Assembly: GCA_965235115.1 (NCBI GenBank)
Contig: OZ249436.1
Location: 45,448,001-45,512,000 of the forward strand
Direction of reading: 5' to 3'
DNA: 64,000 bases
DNA from: Laetmonice hystrix
Taxonomy: Eukaryota
Shown: piece after piece, positions 25,741-39,462 of the stretch
How the letters are laid out: the number at the start of each line of letters is the position of its first letter
How positions within the stretch are numbered: the first letter of the stretch is position 1
Translations under genes and position numbers: made by a program
The notes under the pieces: model-generated
Told to the model about the DNA's origin: nothing
The model's database searches: none
The model's input: the letters and a program-made list of their open reading frames with translations, nothing else

Positions 25741-26959
25741 GCGTGCTCTTCGGTCGCACAAAATACTCAGCTCAAGAAATACTGTCCCTTGGTAGTGCCA
25801 TCGAGCGGGGTCACTGGAAACGATTGGGTTTGCTTTACGTGCCGAAGTCGTTAGAACCTTAAAACTCTGTGAGCGTCTTCGCGTCATTCAAGAAATGGAG
25901 CGAAGGACCGGCAAGTGTGGCTTGAGGTACGACAGGGTAATCCATTAAAACAACCGCTAGGGGGAGCAGTGTCTCCATTATGAGCGACCTTGAATGACCT
26001 TCCATGACACCGCACGTCGCGGCAAATTACCATCAAACACTTGGGCGTTTTTTTTGGAGTTCGGAATCGTTATTTTCAACTTCTGACGTGATGATTGTGG
26101 CATAAATCAAAGGTAATTATGCTTATTATCATTGTTGAATGCCATGATTTTAGATTGAGTTGGTTGAGTACTCCCGACGACCCGTCATCATGGTAGTCCA
26201 AGTGTTGTGCATGGATGGACATCCGGGCATTCTTTAGCGGCAGCAGTCCAGCGGGTGGCGGGACGTGTTAGGGGGGGGGGGGCGGTCCCCTCTTGAAATT
26301 TTCCAAAGGCGCCTTCAAGGGCAAACTTTCGTGGATGAAGGTCAAACTTGTGGTCCATATGTTTGCGAGATTTACCATGTGCCGTCAGTTGGAGATAGTC
26401 GTGTATCGTGAAGTGTCCGGAGGGGACTGTCCGCGGTCACCTCCGACTTCCATGTCAGCGTCTGCCCTGTATTCACTCGGCGTTCAAATCATCTCTCATC
26501 GTCCGAAATACATTTTGTGAAGACGCATTGGTAAAAGACGACCCCGTTCAAACCTTGGCAGTTTGCGTTCGTACAGACCTGCAGTGGGTCTGAATATTGC
26601 CATCGTTTGGTCCGGTGGCTGTCTGTTCTGTACGGAGGACGTAGGTCACTGGAGAAACTGACGCTGGAGGAGGAACTGGCCCTGGACGGCGGAAGGCGGA
26701 CAGCGCACGTTCGGAATAAGCAGGTAGCCACTAGATGGCGCGGCGATCGGTCAGTCGAGCGGCACAGGGCAAGGCACTCAAGATGGTCGCGGACTGTCTG
26801 GATTCGTGCCACGATGTCCGCGAAACTGTTGCAAAATAAATGAACGAAACAGCAGTCAGCAAGGTGGAAAACGGGCGGTAGTAATCAAGATAACATAATT
26901 GTACTTTATAAATAACATCTCATGCTCACATAAATTATTTTTGTTACAGGATGAATGAT

Positions 26960-27180
26960 GATGTAGATTTGTTTACTTTTTTATTTCATGCATGGTATCA
27001 GAGAATAATGTTGTTGACCACATGGTCAGGCATGCGATAGTTATTAAGTCTAGGTTGGGCAGGAATATAAGATTCATTATGTCAAAATATAATATGGATT
27101 GCAAATGGACTATTACTATTATGTGTAACTTTATTAATAATGTAAAATGTCAAAGACTGGTGGAGAAACAATGAATTCAG
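26960..27180 (+). pseudogene. Possible degraded LINE ORF2 C-terminal fragment
   Basis: SENNVVDHMVRHAIVIKSRLGRNIRFIMSKYN resembles, from memory, the C-terminal tail of invertebrate LINE ORF2 proteins; no RT motif visible. Confidence 0.3.
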
Positions 27181-27894
27181 TGATAGCCATGTATGTGAAA
27201 TGATTCTGGAAATAATTACAGAAGGAGACACTATGACCCCATGGCTCCTAGAGGCATCTGAATACCAATATATCATTAGCCTAACTATCTATGCCCGACG
27301 GGAAAATACTTCTATACCCAAACAATTGTCCCAGGTCCGCCTTTCGGCATGAGGGGAGAGTTCTATATCGGCGTAAAAACATTTCTGCTTTGATTCGTTG
27401 TTTTAAATTGGTTATTGGCAATCACTTGTTCCTTGAGTTGGAGCAGCCAACCCGAGGTGAAAATATCAAGTGGGTTTTGTTAGGTTTGTTTTAGTACATT
27501 ATTGATTCCAATTTCGTGTCTACATTTGGTCCGCACTCATGTTTCACGTCATGCGGCGCCCATACATTGACCTCGGGTGATCACGCGGGATCTCACGATG
27601 AAAACGTGATCTGGGTTGGCCAACACTGTTGCCGAGTTGATTGGACGGTTTCTGTATAGATCAAAGTTGACAAAAGGGGACGGCTTTATTTAGAACTACA
27701 ATGTACTGTAACTTAAATCGATAACATACAAAGATCCAGATCGTGATTCATGGGTTGGGTTGACCGTGCCTGGGCCCAGAGGTGAGAAGGTGTTTCACTC
27801 CATCTCTCTATATAGGCTCAACCACTAAATAATACACATTTTGATATATCATATGACTGTGTTTTAAATAAATGAAAGTCATATAATCTTATCC

Positions 27895-28000
27895 TTCCTC
27901 TGCCTTTCCTTCTCTCTGTCTCTCTGTCTCTCTGTCTCTCTCCTTCTCTCTGTCTCTCTGTCTCTCTGTCTCTCTGTCTCTCTCTCTCTCTGTCTCTCTG

Positions 28001-28047
<47 letters not shown>
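27895..28047. repeat. (CTCTCTGT)n/(CT)n microsatellite
   Basis: Direct reading. Confidence 0.95.
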
Positions 28048-28052
<5 letters not shown>

Positions 28053-29505
28053 TAAAACTTCTTTGAACAATGATGCTATATCGTGCACGGAACTGACCGA
28101 ACGGTATGGAACTTTGTGAACTTTTCCTTTAAATATATTTCACGACCTCTTAAGTAAGACAACAATCCATGCCTTTTCCACGACCTTACCGTGTACTTCT
28201 AAAGGACCGTGAGTGTACCAGTAACATCGCTAACATTTTGTACGCTTTTAAATTCAGTCCACATTGAAAATTCGCGAAATGAAACCGGTTGAGAGTGTAC
28301 AGAACTGCCGTAGTCCTATTGTGGTCAGTGATGTCCTGACAGAAGTCCTCCTTTAAAACCTCATGACGTCATAATCCCTTTCGTCATAGAAAGAAGGCCT
28401 ACCTGCTGACGTCATGACCACCCGACGATCGAACAGTCAGGGAAAGAGCACCTGAAATGAGAGGAAACTTTGTAATTTTATAAATCTCTAAATTATTACA
28501 GCAATATCTCAAAGGCAAACGCTGCTGGGTGTTATATCCTCCAACATATCATAAATCTTCCCTACGCAATACAGTGATCGAGTGAGTCCGCCGCCAATTA
28601 TTAAACTCAGAACCCAGGGGAAAGGGCTGAACCCGGAGATGTACTGCAGCAATGGGACCTTTTAATGTTTTCTGCTGGATTATGACTTAGTACACCGCTG
28701 AGATTTCTAAAAAATAAACGCACCATTTAGAATAATCCGAACGCTGCCCGTAATAATGACAGCCGCCATAGGTTGTTTCGCCTCCTTGTGGTGCTAGATG
28801 AGCAATGCCTTTAGAATGAGCACCGTGAATGAGCAACGTTTAAAAGAATCCAGAACCAGGCATTTCTCGCTTGCGATGAAAATACACGAAAGAAGTGATC
28901 TCCGTTAACATGCACTCAAGCCGAACTTTCGCAGGCACAGGCGCACACTTGGCGTACGACGGTGCCGACCCCTTAAACTGAGCAGGTTTTTCTGTATTTA
29001 TGATTTCATAACCATGCAATGCAGATCAATATAAAACCGAAAAAAAAGTGAGTTAAAAAGGACAATGATTAATCGTGTGTGTATATATGTTCATTATATA
29101 GGTTTGTAGATAATATTACGCCCACTTTGCGTTCGAAAAACACCATGGGGACACGCCGCTGACGCTGTGCATGCCGGGAAAGGTGTACATTATCTGTCAC
29201 TGACATACATAACTTCTGACTACGTCACTAACAGTCCTTATCGGCGACGTCCACTCTAACAAATGACCGCAGTGAATGACTGTCCTTCAAGTTTTTGTTA
29301 CATTCATCGTTTAAACAACTTGATCGACTAACAGGGTCGACTGCGCGTGGTATGGTGAATAATTTAGCAGTGTGGTTGCGGGGTTGTTTAGCTATTATGA
29401 TGATGTTTATAACATGCACTGAGGTGGGTGGGGGTGTGGGTGGCGTCGGTGTGCCACTTTTCGAGTACCCAATCACCACCACCTACCAAACACCCTGGGC
29501 GTCAT

Positions 29506-30572
29506 TTGGATAAAGCCATGCGTGCCGCACACATTCGTGTATCTCAATAAGGCAACCATTTCAACTTGAATGTTGGATAAAGCCATGCGTGCCGCACACA
29601 TTCGTGTATCTCAATAAGGCAACCATTTCAACTTGAATGTTGGATACAGCCATGCATGCCGCACACATTCGTGTATCTCAATAAGGCAACCATTTCAACT
29701 TGAATGTTGGATAAAGCCATGCGTGCCGCACACATTCGTGTATCTCAATAAGGCAACCATTTCAACTTGAATGTTGGATAAAGCCATGCGTGCCGCACAC
29801 ATTCGTGTATCTCAATAGGCAACCATTTCAACTTGAATGTTGAATAAAGCCATGCGTGCCGCACACATTCGTGTATCTCAATAAGGCAACCATTTCAACT
29901 TGAATGTTGGATAAAGCCATGCATGCCGCACACATTCGTGTATCTCAATAGGCAACCATTTCAACTTGAATGTTGAATAAAGCCATGCATGCCGCACACA
30001 TTCGTGTATCTTAATAAGGCAACCATTTCAACTTGAATGTTGGATAAAGCCATGCATGCCGCACACATTCGTGTATCTCAATAAGGCAACCATTTCAACT
30101 TGAATGTTGGATAAAGCCATGCGTGCCGCACACATTCGTGTATCTCAATAAGGCAACCATTTCAACTTGAATGTTGGATAAAGCCATGCATGCCGCACAC
30201 ATTCGTGTATCTTAATAAGGCAACCATTTCAACTTGAATGTTGGATAAAGCCATGCATGCCGCACACATTCGTGTATCTCAATAAGGCAACCATTTCAAC
30301 TTGAATGTTGAATAAAGCCATGCATGCCGCACACATTCGTGTATCTCAATAAGGCAACCATTTCAACTTGAATGTTGGATAAAGCCATGCGTGCCGCACA
30401 CATTCGTGTATCTCAATAAGGCAACCATTTCAACTTGAATGTTGGATAAAGCCATGCGTGTCGCACACATTCGTGTATCTCAATAGGCAACCATTTCAAC
30501 TTGAATGTTGGATAAAGCCATGCGTGCCGCACACATTCGTGTATCTCAATAGGCAACCATTTCAACTTGAAT
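29506..30572. repeat. Minisatellite, 66-67-bp unit, about 16 copies
   Basis: Unit ttggataaagccatgcgtgccgcacacattcgtgtatctcaataaggcaaccatttcaacttgaatg. Confidence 0.97.
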
Positions 30573-30838
30573 CTTACTTCGAGGCCAGTCGCCAAGTGGG
30601 TTTAAGCGTGGAGTTAAAAATATGAAAAAAAAGAATAACATTTTTCCCATTCCGAAGCAAGTGCTGGACGTAAAATCCCTATACACAATCTGAACTCTTG
30701 CAATGGTCCATGCCCCCCCCCCCCCCCCATTCGATCACAGAAAACCTCGGGTGGTACGTGATCTGTGGACAACAAATTATATTTGTGCTCCTCTCATTTA
30801 AGACTGCTCAGTCTTATAATAAAAAGCTTCTCCTTTAA

Positions 30839-31373
30839 AGGAAATATGTCACGGGGGGTATCGACCGAAATCTTCAGTTTTCTGCTTACCTGCTCATTAC
30901 TGACGTACTTTATGGTACTGATTGTTTTTCATATTGATTTTGTTAACACATACGACGAGTAGACACCTGTGAAATTCTCCCTAATGTAGAAAAAGGAATA
31001 AAACTAGCTGCAGTGTCCGTGCGATGAATCCGCCATTTTGGCCCCCTTTGGCTGTCGCAAATCGTTTGAACGGGTCCCATGATCACGTGACTCTCGATGT
31101 GATTACTCGAGATGTAAACAGTGGGACTATAATGGCCCATCCGCCGATCGTGTGAAAAGGGTGCAAAACACAGCCGGCTGCAAATCCCGGGGTCTCGGAA
31201 TATAAGTGTGTCATTTTCTGTGACCGCATTAAGAATTGGCGATTTTTTTTACAAAATACCGGCCAAAGCTACATAACCAGGTAGGGGACCTTTGGAGCAT
31301 ATCGGAGAACCGCAATGCAGACATACTTTTGCTGAAACACAACGTATTATTTGAAATTCGCGACATATTACCT
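30839..31373. mobile_element. Possible Kolobok-like non-autonomous element
   Basis: TTAA|aggaaatatgtcacg ... cgcgacatattacct; right-hand TTAA missing. Confidence 0.45.
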
Positions 31374-32655
31374 CGTAGGGTCTATATTAATATCGTGGTC
31401 CTTATTACGAACAGGGTCAGAATGTCATACTCTTGCATGGTCTTGGTTCTGAGGACGTGACGTAATTATCTGTTGTGTGTGGGCGTGTGCATGTTGTCAA
31501 GTGTTCGGCCCCCAGTGGTGCCCCCCCCCCCTTCTTGGGAGAAAAGGGGGGTCGGCAGCAGTAGACCTTTTATTACATAGGCATCCTCTGGTCTGGGGCC
31601 GTTGAGGTAACCGAAGAAATGGAAACTTTGGATCGAAAAAAAAAATCAATGATACTAAATCTAAGCGATAATTCAGACACGAAGAAATCAGTTACAGGCT
31701 AGACGTAATACAGGGTGGGCAAAAACACCGGAATAGAAACAATGAAAACACGCATTACGCACTACGTACACATGGAATCACTCCAACTCGTTTTCACTGA
31801 TTTTGATAAATACGCATTACGCACTACGCCCACACTACGTACACTTTAAAGCCAGAAATCCATAATGTACGTAGTGTGGGCCTGATGCGTAATGCGTAAT
31901 GTTTGTGCGTAATGCACTACGGACACATGAATTCCTGGTTTGAGCCTCCAGAATTGCATTCAGAAACCGACCGCTCTTGGCCTTGACCTTGCCCTACAGT
32001 GACTGTTTGCGGGCCGAAACCATCACTGTAATAGATCTATACGCCCTCTTCACCGACCCGAGATGGGTATAGATCATTGCGCAGAGCGTTGTGCGGTGTA
32101 TCCTGCTCACGGACAACATGGATGATTCTGAGTGTGTTTATGACATTTTCTCAATTACCTATAGTATTCCGGCATGAAAATGTTTTTTAAGCCACCACTG
32201 ATCGATATCATTAGAAGTACATCTATGAAAAAATCCGGATAACGCAGGTCAAAAGTAGTCCCAGGAGCTATCCCAGAACCCGTATGTGCCAGAGATGATT
32301 ACGGAGGAATAAGGTGGTGGCTGCCAGTATGATAATAATGTTGACAACCGACCTGGACCTTCACTGCCTTGTCGTATAGAAGGGAAGTCGAATGAAACCT
32401 CATACATATCCTCTTCATTAGTTTCCACTCTAGATCTGCGGAACCTAATCACTAACCTCCAGGTAGTCGTGGTAATTTGCCACATGCAAGTAGTCTGACT
32501 CCATGAAGAGAAGCTGAACAAAGTATACGCCCCGCGGTCGTCGATCTGACATGTGACATCCACACAATGCTCTATATCAGTGGTTTGAGCATACATGGAC
32601 ACTAGCTTATTGTTTTATGTAGTCAATTTAGTAGCTCTAGTTTTATTCATGTTGA

Positions 32656-33208
32656 GGACAAGTGCTAGTGTGAGGCCAAACATTTTTTTGAGACAGATCT
32701 TTTTTTAAATTTTGCAGATAAACAGAGTATGTTGTCCTCTTTCAAAATTCAGCAAAAAAATGATACCTCACCGGGTTAGTGTTTTTGTTAAGAGCGTTTG
32801 AAATTGATATGTTTGTCATGTTAATTAATAAATACTGTTCTTTTTACCACTTCTATTTGTCATAACGGTCTTCAAGTTATAGAAGTGGTAAAAAAAAAGT
32901 TTGATTTTGAACATTTTCACTTTTGCTCAGTGAAAATGTTCAAAGTCAATTTTTTTCTCTCTCTTTTTTACCACTTCTATTTGTCATAACACCGTTCTGA
33001 CAAATAAAAGTGGTAAAAAAATGCAAACAGTGTATTCATTAACATGAAGAAAATACCAACTTCAAACGCTCTTAACAAAAAAACTAAGCCGGTGAGGTAT
33101 CTTTTTTTTTGCTGAATTTTGAAAGAGGACAACATACTTTGTTTATCTTGCAAAATTTAAAAAAAATCTGTCTCAAAAACATTTTTGGCCTCACACTAGC
33201 ACTTGTCC
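32656..33208. mobile_element. Near-fully palindromic ~550-bp foldback element, Kolobok-like ends
   Basis: ttga|ggacaagtgctagtgtgaggccaaa ... tttggcctcacactagcacttgtcc|ttaa; arms pair over about 200 bp. Confidence 0.85.
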
Positions 33209-33782
33209 TTAAGCTATATTTCATTTGTTAATTCTGAAACAGCTTCAATGGCCGAATGATTAGGCATTTATGTTGGTTAAAGTAATATCCTAAAATCCCG
33301 AATGTTCTCCAGTATCACACTGGTTCTGTCATCCTCGCTGCACAGGAACAGATTTACCCCAAAAGCCATCTATTTACTCGTGATTCTTGCGAAATTTGAT
33401 GAGCAAACCTGCAACCCATAATCGGCTGTGAAAAATTACAATCATCCACGCACGAAAATGTGACTTTATACAGTTTCTCTTCGAGCCAGGCACTCTCGCT
33501 TGGGTGCACATGGACGGGGAGGGCTTTCCCAACCATCATGCCGCGTCCATGTACAACTGAATCAGTGAAGAAGCGTAAGAAGTTCGCTCGGGATCAGAAT
33601 ATAAATCGAAATGACGTGTTTATCCTGGGTGCATTTCCGGGAAGTAGTTTGGCATCAGGGTGTATAATTTTGCCAGATACTGCAGAATCTGCCCATCTGT
33701 TTCTCGGAATTGGGGCCTGTAGAACCAAGGCATTTGTACACAATAAAGAGCAGTTACTGCAAGGTACAAAAATAATTTAGAT

Positions 33783-33878
33783 CATTCTGACAGTCTGCGC
33801 CGTAAAAGTAAAAACAAGAGTGCCTCAACAAAATCGAGCAACCACGATTCCAGCTCGGCTGGCCCAGTCGGAGATTTC
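33783..33878 (+). repeat. ~100-bp dispersed repeat, second copy at ~35201-35309
   Basis: attctgacagtctgYgccgtaaaag...caagagtgcctcaRcaaaatcgagcaRccacgattc in both places. Confidence 0.85.
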
Positions 33879-34200
33879 GTTGTAATATAAAATACGAGTT
33901 AGATCTACTTCTGCTGGGTGATCGCTATATGGGTCGCTGGACGATGAGAACGCCATCTTGTTTGGTTGCGTGATAAAGAACTGCGCAAAAAGTCACGTGA
34001 GGGAATTTCTTTCCAGTTCAAATCCACTGGAGGTGGAATCATGACTTGTTTTCCTTTCTATTGATCGCGATTTTCGGTTGTACTGCAGGTAACATGCAGG
34101 TAATTTCCCTATTGGACATTGCAAATATTTGTACACGTCTTTGGTAACATGCACGACGTTATGTAAGAAAAGAGACTGATAGATCCATAATTGGTAAACT

Positions 34201-34554
34201 GATTCCTGTTACCGCCTTGTAAATGTCTAATATCGACTTCCAATATTGCCATAGACTACGAGTTAATTATAAGTACAGAATGTCTTGTTTTAACGCTGTA
34301 TACGGTTGTGGTTCCCCTACGAATGTGTACTATATATTTACATTTATACGTTTGTCGACGAAAAATGGATGTTTAGGATTCCTGTTACCGCCTTGAAAAT
34401 GTCTAATATCGACTTCCAATATTGCCATAGACTACGAGTTAATTATAAGTACAGAATGTCTTGTTTTAACGCTGTATACCGTTGTGGTTCACCTACGAAT
34501 GTGTACTATATATTTACATTTATACGTTTGTCGACGAAAAATGGATGTTTAGGA
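34201..34554. repeat. 176-bp tandem duplication (2 copies)
   Basis: gattcctgttaccgccttg ... aaaatggatgtttag repeated at 34201 and 34377. Confidence 0.95.
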
Positions 34555-35352
34555 ACTATTCAAACGAGATCATCCAAATAAAAATAAAAGGGGGGGGGGG
34601 TAACATTCGCTATTTTCCAAAATTCAGCCATTTTACCTTTAGCAAAATATAAGTTCATAAGATTGGTTATTAAAGGAGAAGTATTGCCCAAAATCACATT
34701 TGGACAGTTGCAAGGCCTCCATACTCAAGAGGTCATATGTCACTATGACAACCGTGTCAAAATCACTGGCTTCAGCGGCGCAGCCATTGTGGCCTTGGCC
34801 GCAAGTATTTGACGTCATTGTGCAATCTCCCATAATGCAGAGGGGCTCGCTCCACTACCCCTCTGCCACACCTGACTTTTCACGGGCAAAATCTGGCCCC
34901 TACGCGTTCAACCCGTTTTTGCAAATTCTGCCGTCCTGTATGGTATCTGTAAAATTTAATGTCCCGCTAAATCCCAAAACCGAGATTATACAAAGTGACA
35001 TTCATCGTACAAGAGAAATACCGGATGAAATATTAAGAACTACATTTGCGGAGGGAAATCAGCTATATAGTCGCAAGTAGGTTGGCCAATTTCGGGATGA
35101 TTCGAAATACTTCGGGTGTTTCCGACTAGGTAGGGCCTACTTCCGTTCAACATAGCGGCTGCAGATGATTTCTCCGAAGATTTAGATGTTTGTGTGGCAT
35201 CATATTCTGACAGTCTGTGCCGTAAAAGAAAACAACAAGAGTGCCTCAGCAAAATCGAGCAGCCACGATTCGAGCTCGGCAATGTTCGGCTGTCCCGGTC
35301 GGCGATTTCTAGGTCAGGTCAGGGGTCACACAAACGGCAGTACCTAACGTGT

Positions 35353-35385
35353 GGCGGAGATTGAATGAAGTGAACGATCTCTGTC
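35353..35385 (+). other. Conserved hairpin element, copy 1 (candidate structured RNA or regulatory module)
   Basis: GGCGGAGATTG-[AATGAAGTGAA]-CGATCTCTGTC, 11-bp stem with G-U pairs; 25 nt identical to copy 2. Confidence 0.5.
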
Positions 35386-36313
35386 CAGAGTGTGGTCATT
35401 GTGCCATCTATTTGAGCATGCGCAGACCGATCTGAATTAATTGAGGCCGGGGTTGTCGGGGATAGGCTAGAGGCCGCCATGGCGATGTGGGTCAGCCCCA
35501 CGAGAGGCTGGACGAGTAGGCCTAGCACACAGACAGGGCGGGCCAGAATGGTCGGCACAAGTCAGTAGGCTGCCGAATAGTTCGGTGGAAGGTCATTGAA
35601 TGAAGAGAGATGGCGCTGCGGTAGGAGAATGATCATGTGTGTCAGTTTTTAATTCCTCCCAAACTGGAGAGCAGTCGTGCTGTGATTGGTTTAGATCATG
35701 TTTAGATCCATGACGCAACAATAGCAGACGCTATGGCGGTATCCACCTGCTGAGCTGGCTCCGGCACTAAAATCCGTATATCCTAACTATTTGAGCACCA
35801 AATGTGTTCAAATCCTTTCTAACTTGCTTAGTATTTCACGGCCTGTGTGCCTGACCTGTACAAACTAGCGAATTTACTTTAATTTTAACTCGGGTATGGA
35901 TTCAAATGCATTTTTTTATATTCTAGAGGATAAATTAGACAGAGAATAGGCTTTGTCGAGATCTATATCTTTAATAAGGGAATTAATTTCTTCAACATTT
36001 GTTACAATAGAGTTTAATTCAAAAGGGGGGATTTAATCATTATTGGTTCAGATATCATTGCCTTTGGCCGCTACCGAATGTGTAATATCACTGAAAAAGT
36101 CATTAATATAGTCCCCAGTCTGATCCAAGGTCATTAGTTATTAAAAGGTGTAACATTACATTTATTACTGTCTTTCACTAGATTGTTTACAACCTGCCAA
36201 AACTTTTTAAAGTCATCTTGCGTTTTTCTTAGATTATGTTTGATAAAGTCTGATCTTGCTTTCGTGCAGCATGTTTGGCGCTTTCACTGTTTCAATCAGT
36301 TAATGTATGGTGA

Positions 36314-37267
36314 AGGCCGTTCTCGGTCACACAAAAAGGCGCTCTCGGTCACACAAAGGCCGTTCTCGGTCACACAAAGGCCGTTCTCGGTCACACAAAG
36401 GCCGTTCTCGATCACACAAAGGCCGTTCTCGGTCACACAAAGACCGTTCTCGGTCACACAAAGGCCGTTCTCGATCACACAAAGGCCGTTCTCGATCACA
36501 CAAAGACCGTTTTCGGTCACACAAAGACCGTTTTCGGTCACAAATGGCCGTTCTCGGTCACACAAAGGCCGTTCTCGGTCACACAAAGGCCGTTTTCGAT
36601 CACACAAAGACCGTTTTCGGTCACACAAAGACCGTTTTCGGTCACAAATGGCCGTTCTCGGTCACACAAATGCCGTTCACGGGAAAATCTTTAAAATTCC
36701 GAAAAGAAAACACTTTTACGCTCTGGGACCCCATCCACATGCGTTCATACACTCATACACAAATGGCCGTTCTCGGTCACACAAAGGCCGTTCTCGGTCA
36801 CACAAAGGCCGTTCTCGGTCATACAAAGGCCGTTCTCGGTCACACAAAGGCCGTTCTCGGTCACACAAAGGCCGTTCTCGGTCACACAAAGGCCGTTCTC
36901 GGTCACACAAAGGCCGTTCTCGATCACACAAAGGCCGTTCTCGGTCACACAAAGACCGTTCTCGGTCACACAAAGGCCGTTCTCGATCACACAAAGGCCG
37001 TTCTCGATCACACAAAGACCGTTTTCGGTCACACAAAGACCGTTTTCGGTCACAAATGGCCGTTCTCGGTCACACAAAGGCCGTTCTCGGTCACACAAAG
37101 GCCGTTCTCGATCACACAAAGACCGTTTTCGGTCACACAAAGACCGTTTTCGGTCACAAATGGCCGTTCTCGGTCACACAAATGCCGTTCACGGGAAAAT
37201 CTTTAAAATTCCGAAAAGAAAACACTTTTACGCTCTGGGACCCCATCCACATGCGTTCATACACTCA
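36314..37267. repeat. 21-bp minisatellite organised as a ~512-bp higher-order duplication
   Basis: Unit ggccgttctcggtcacacaaa; identical ~85-bp non-repetitive tail at 36671 and 37183. Confidence 0.95.
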
Positions 37268-38186
37268 GCGGGATGTCGAGGGCCCTAAATATGGCTGACC
37301 CGATGTTTACTGCTTCCACGAGTTCTTTCTGTTTGGGCACACCATACCTGGTTCTATGTCACTGCGGTGTTGCCCAGGTAATGCCCAAAATAATGTCCAT
37401 ACTAATGCCCGTAATAAGTACAAATAAAGGTCAGCGTTGCGCAGTGACAGACTGCACAATCACAGATCAGATCTGAACAATCACATATCAGATGTTTGCC
37501 TTCTACTGTCACGAAATCAGTTCAAACAAAGCACTAGAAAGGATGGATCAAATTTATCAAACATTTATCGGACGATGGCGGGAATCAATTGGTTCTATTG
37601 TCAACGTACGCTTAAAGCGTGACTATGTACGCAAAGCCTATATGTTCTATGGACTGCAGTACGCGCTAGTGTTGTGTATGTCTACACAATCATTGCCAAT
37701 ATTGTTCAAATGGGCATTTTGTTTGATGCGTTATCGGGTATTCACCGAAGACAATACCTAACACCTACACACCTGCGTTTTATTTTTATTTCTTTTCTTT
37801 ATTTTCTTTTTTATTTGCCTGGTAGATAGTCGGATATAGTCGTATTGCCGTTACCGTACGCATGTGTACACATTCACTGGGTTTCATTTTGGCGATTTTT
37901 TTGGCCGCTGCCGCATTGCCGCATTATCGTTGCCGTTGCCGCAAAAACGCTACATGTGTTCACAGCTTTAGACTGTGAGAGGCGCGCAGCGCTGAAACTC
38001 GGTGATCCAAAATGGCCAAGCAGTTTGAAGGTAGAGCGTTAGATTGCAACGGAGCCAGCTGAGCGTTCTGACATTAGGCACATTTGGTTGGTCTCACTTC
38101 GATTTATTTGAGTTTTACATGTGACACTAAGCTGATTTATATGACAGGGTGTCGATATAACAGGTTTTAAAAATAGTGTGCCTTTA

Positions 38187-38315
38187 CAGGGCCGTAGCCT
38201 GTAGGGGGCAGGGGGGCAGCTGCCCCCTGGGATTTCCAGTTTTTTTAACCCACACCCGGGCCAGCTCGACCGGCGCAATGACAATGACGCGCTATGACAT
38301 GGCAGGTCTACTGCA

Positions 38316-38346
<31 letters not shown>

Positions 38347-38371
38347 GTATTTGGGTCAGGCTACGGCCCTG
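38187..38371. mobile_element. MITE with 13-bp TIR and 5-bp TSD; a second family member lies inverted at 50256-50419
   Basis: CTTTA|cagggccgtagcc ... ggctacggccctg|CTTTA. Confidence 0.8.
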
Positions 38372-38874
38372 CTTTAAGTATTTGAATTTTTCTAAGAAAT
38401 AACCACAAAGTATAGGCGTAAGCGTAAGCCCCAAGCACCCCACCCCACCCCTATAAAAATAGTTCCAAGTTAAAGAGAGTGTTCAAACTCATGATTAGGT
38501 TAGGACATGCATCGATCTTAAATATGATAGATCGGTCACACAAAGTCCGCGAACTTTCTACCATAACCATCCGCTAGATGGCGCTAAAAACGTGTCGTCA
38601 GAAAATGTATCGCATGCGCTACCACGGTTCAGGAATCCCAGCGTTTGTAAACTCGCATTCTTTAGTCTACGTTGTCCTTCGATGGCTAATGGCACAAATG
38701 AACACCTGGGTCTGTAGGAGAATTGAAGAAGGTTGTGAACCATGCAGTCACTGGGAGCCGTCAGGCGCGGATCCAGGTTGGCGCTAATGGAGTGTTTGTG
38801 GGGTGCCAAGGGGGGTTGGGGTTGTGTATGTTTTGTGTGAACCTTTTAAGCAGGAAAAAAGAAAAATTACTTCG

Positions 38875-39131
38875 CAAAGGCGGATCCAGAGGGGGGCACA
38901 GGGGGCACGTGCCTTAGCTTCACTAATTATAGGCCTACATGGCTATAGCCTACTCATTTTAAATTAATTTTAACACTGACGGTGTGTCTCAGTGAAACCC
39001 CGAGCTATTATGTAGGCCTATACCTCTAAAACTCTTATTCAAGAGCATGAGCTTTAATTAGTAATGCAAACAATCATGAATTGTTTTCTGTGCCCCCCCC
39101 CCCCTTTAGTGAAATCCTGGATCCGCCAGTG
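38875..39131. mobile_element. MITE with 5-bp TSD, apparently nested in an older similar element starting at ~38762
   Basis: CTTCG|caaaggcggatccag ... ctggatccgccagtg|CTTCG. Confidence 0.8.
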
Positions 39132-39462
39132 CTTCGGAACGGGGGGTTGCAACCCCAGTAGCACCCCCCCCCCCTCTTAAAGAGACCTGTGCCTACGCTA
39201 ATTCAAACCAAACTCAACATGACCTCTGACTGCCGGGAGAGTGCATGCAGGAAAATCTCCAAGCTTGTAGTTTTGATTACAGCGACATCTGGTGGATTGC
39301 CTGTAAGTATTGATACCGTCGCTGATGTCAGAACCTGGCCGCGACTTCATCAAAGTGCGGAATGTTGCCACAAGTCTGTCGGCCTAATTTGCCGAAGATT
39401 ACGCACCGAGCGACAGCCTAATCACTAGACAGCTTTATGTGAGTAGCCTTCAGCACCTCGTG

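Noticed and set aside
36183..37298. 371-aa protamine/SR-like ORF (GRSRSHK)n
   Set aside because: All + frames of the 21-bp unit are open and the 19-bp units shift frame, so there is no sign of selection on one frame
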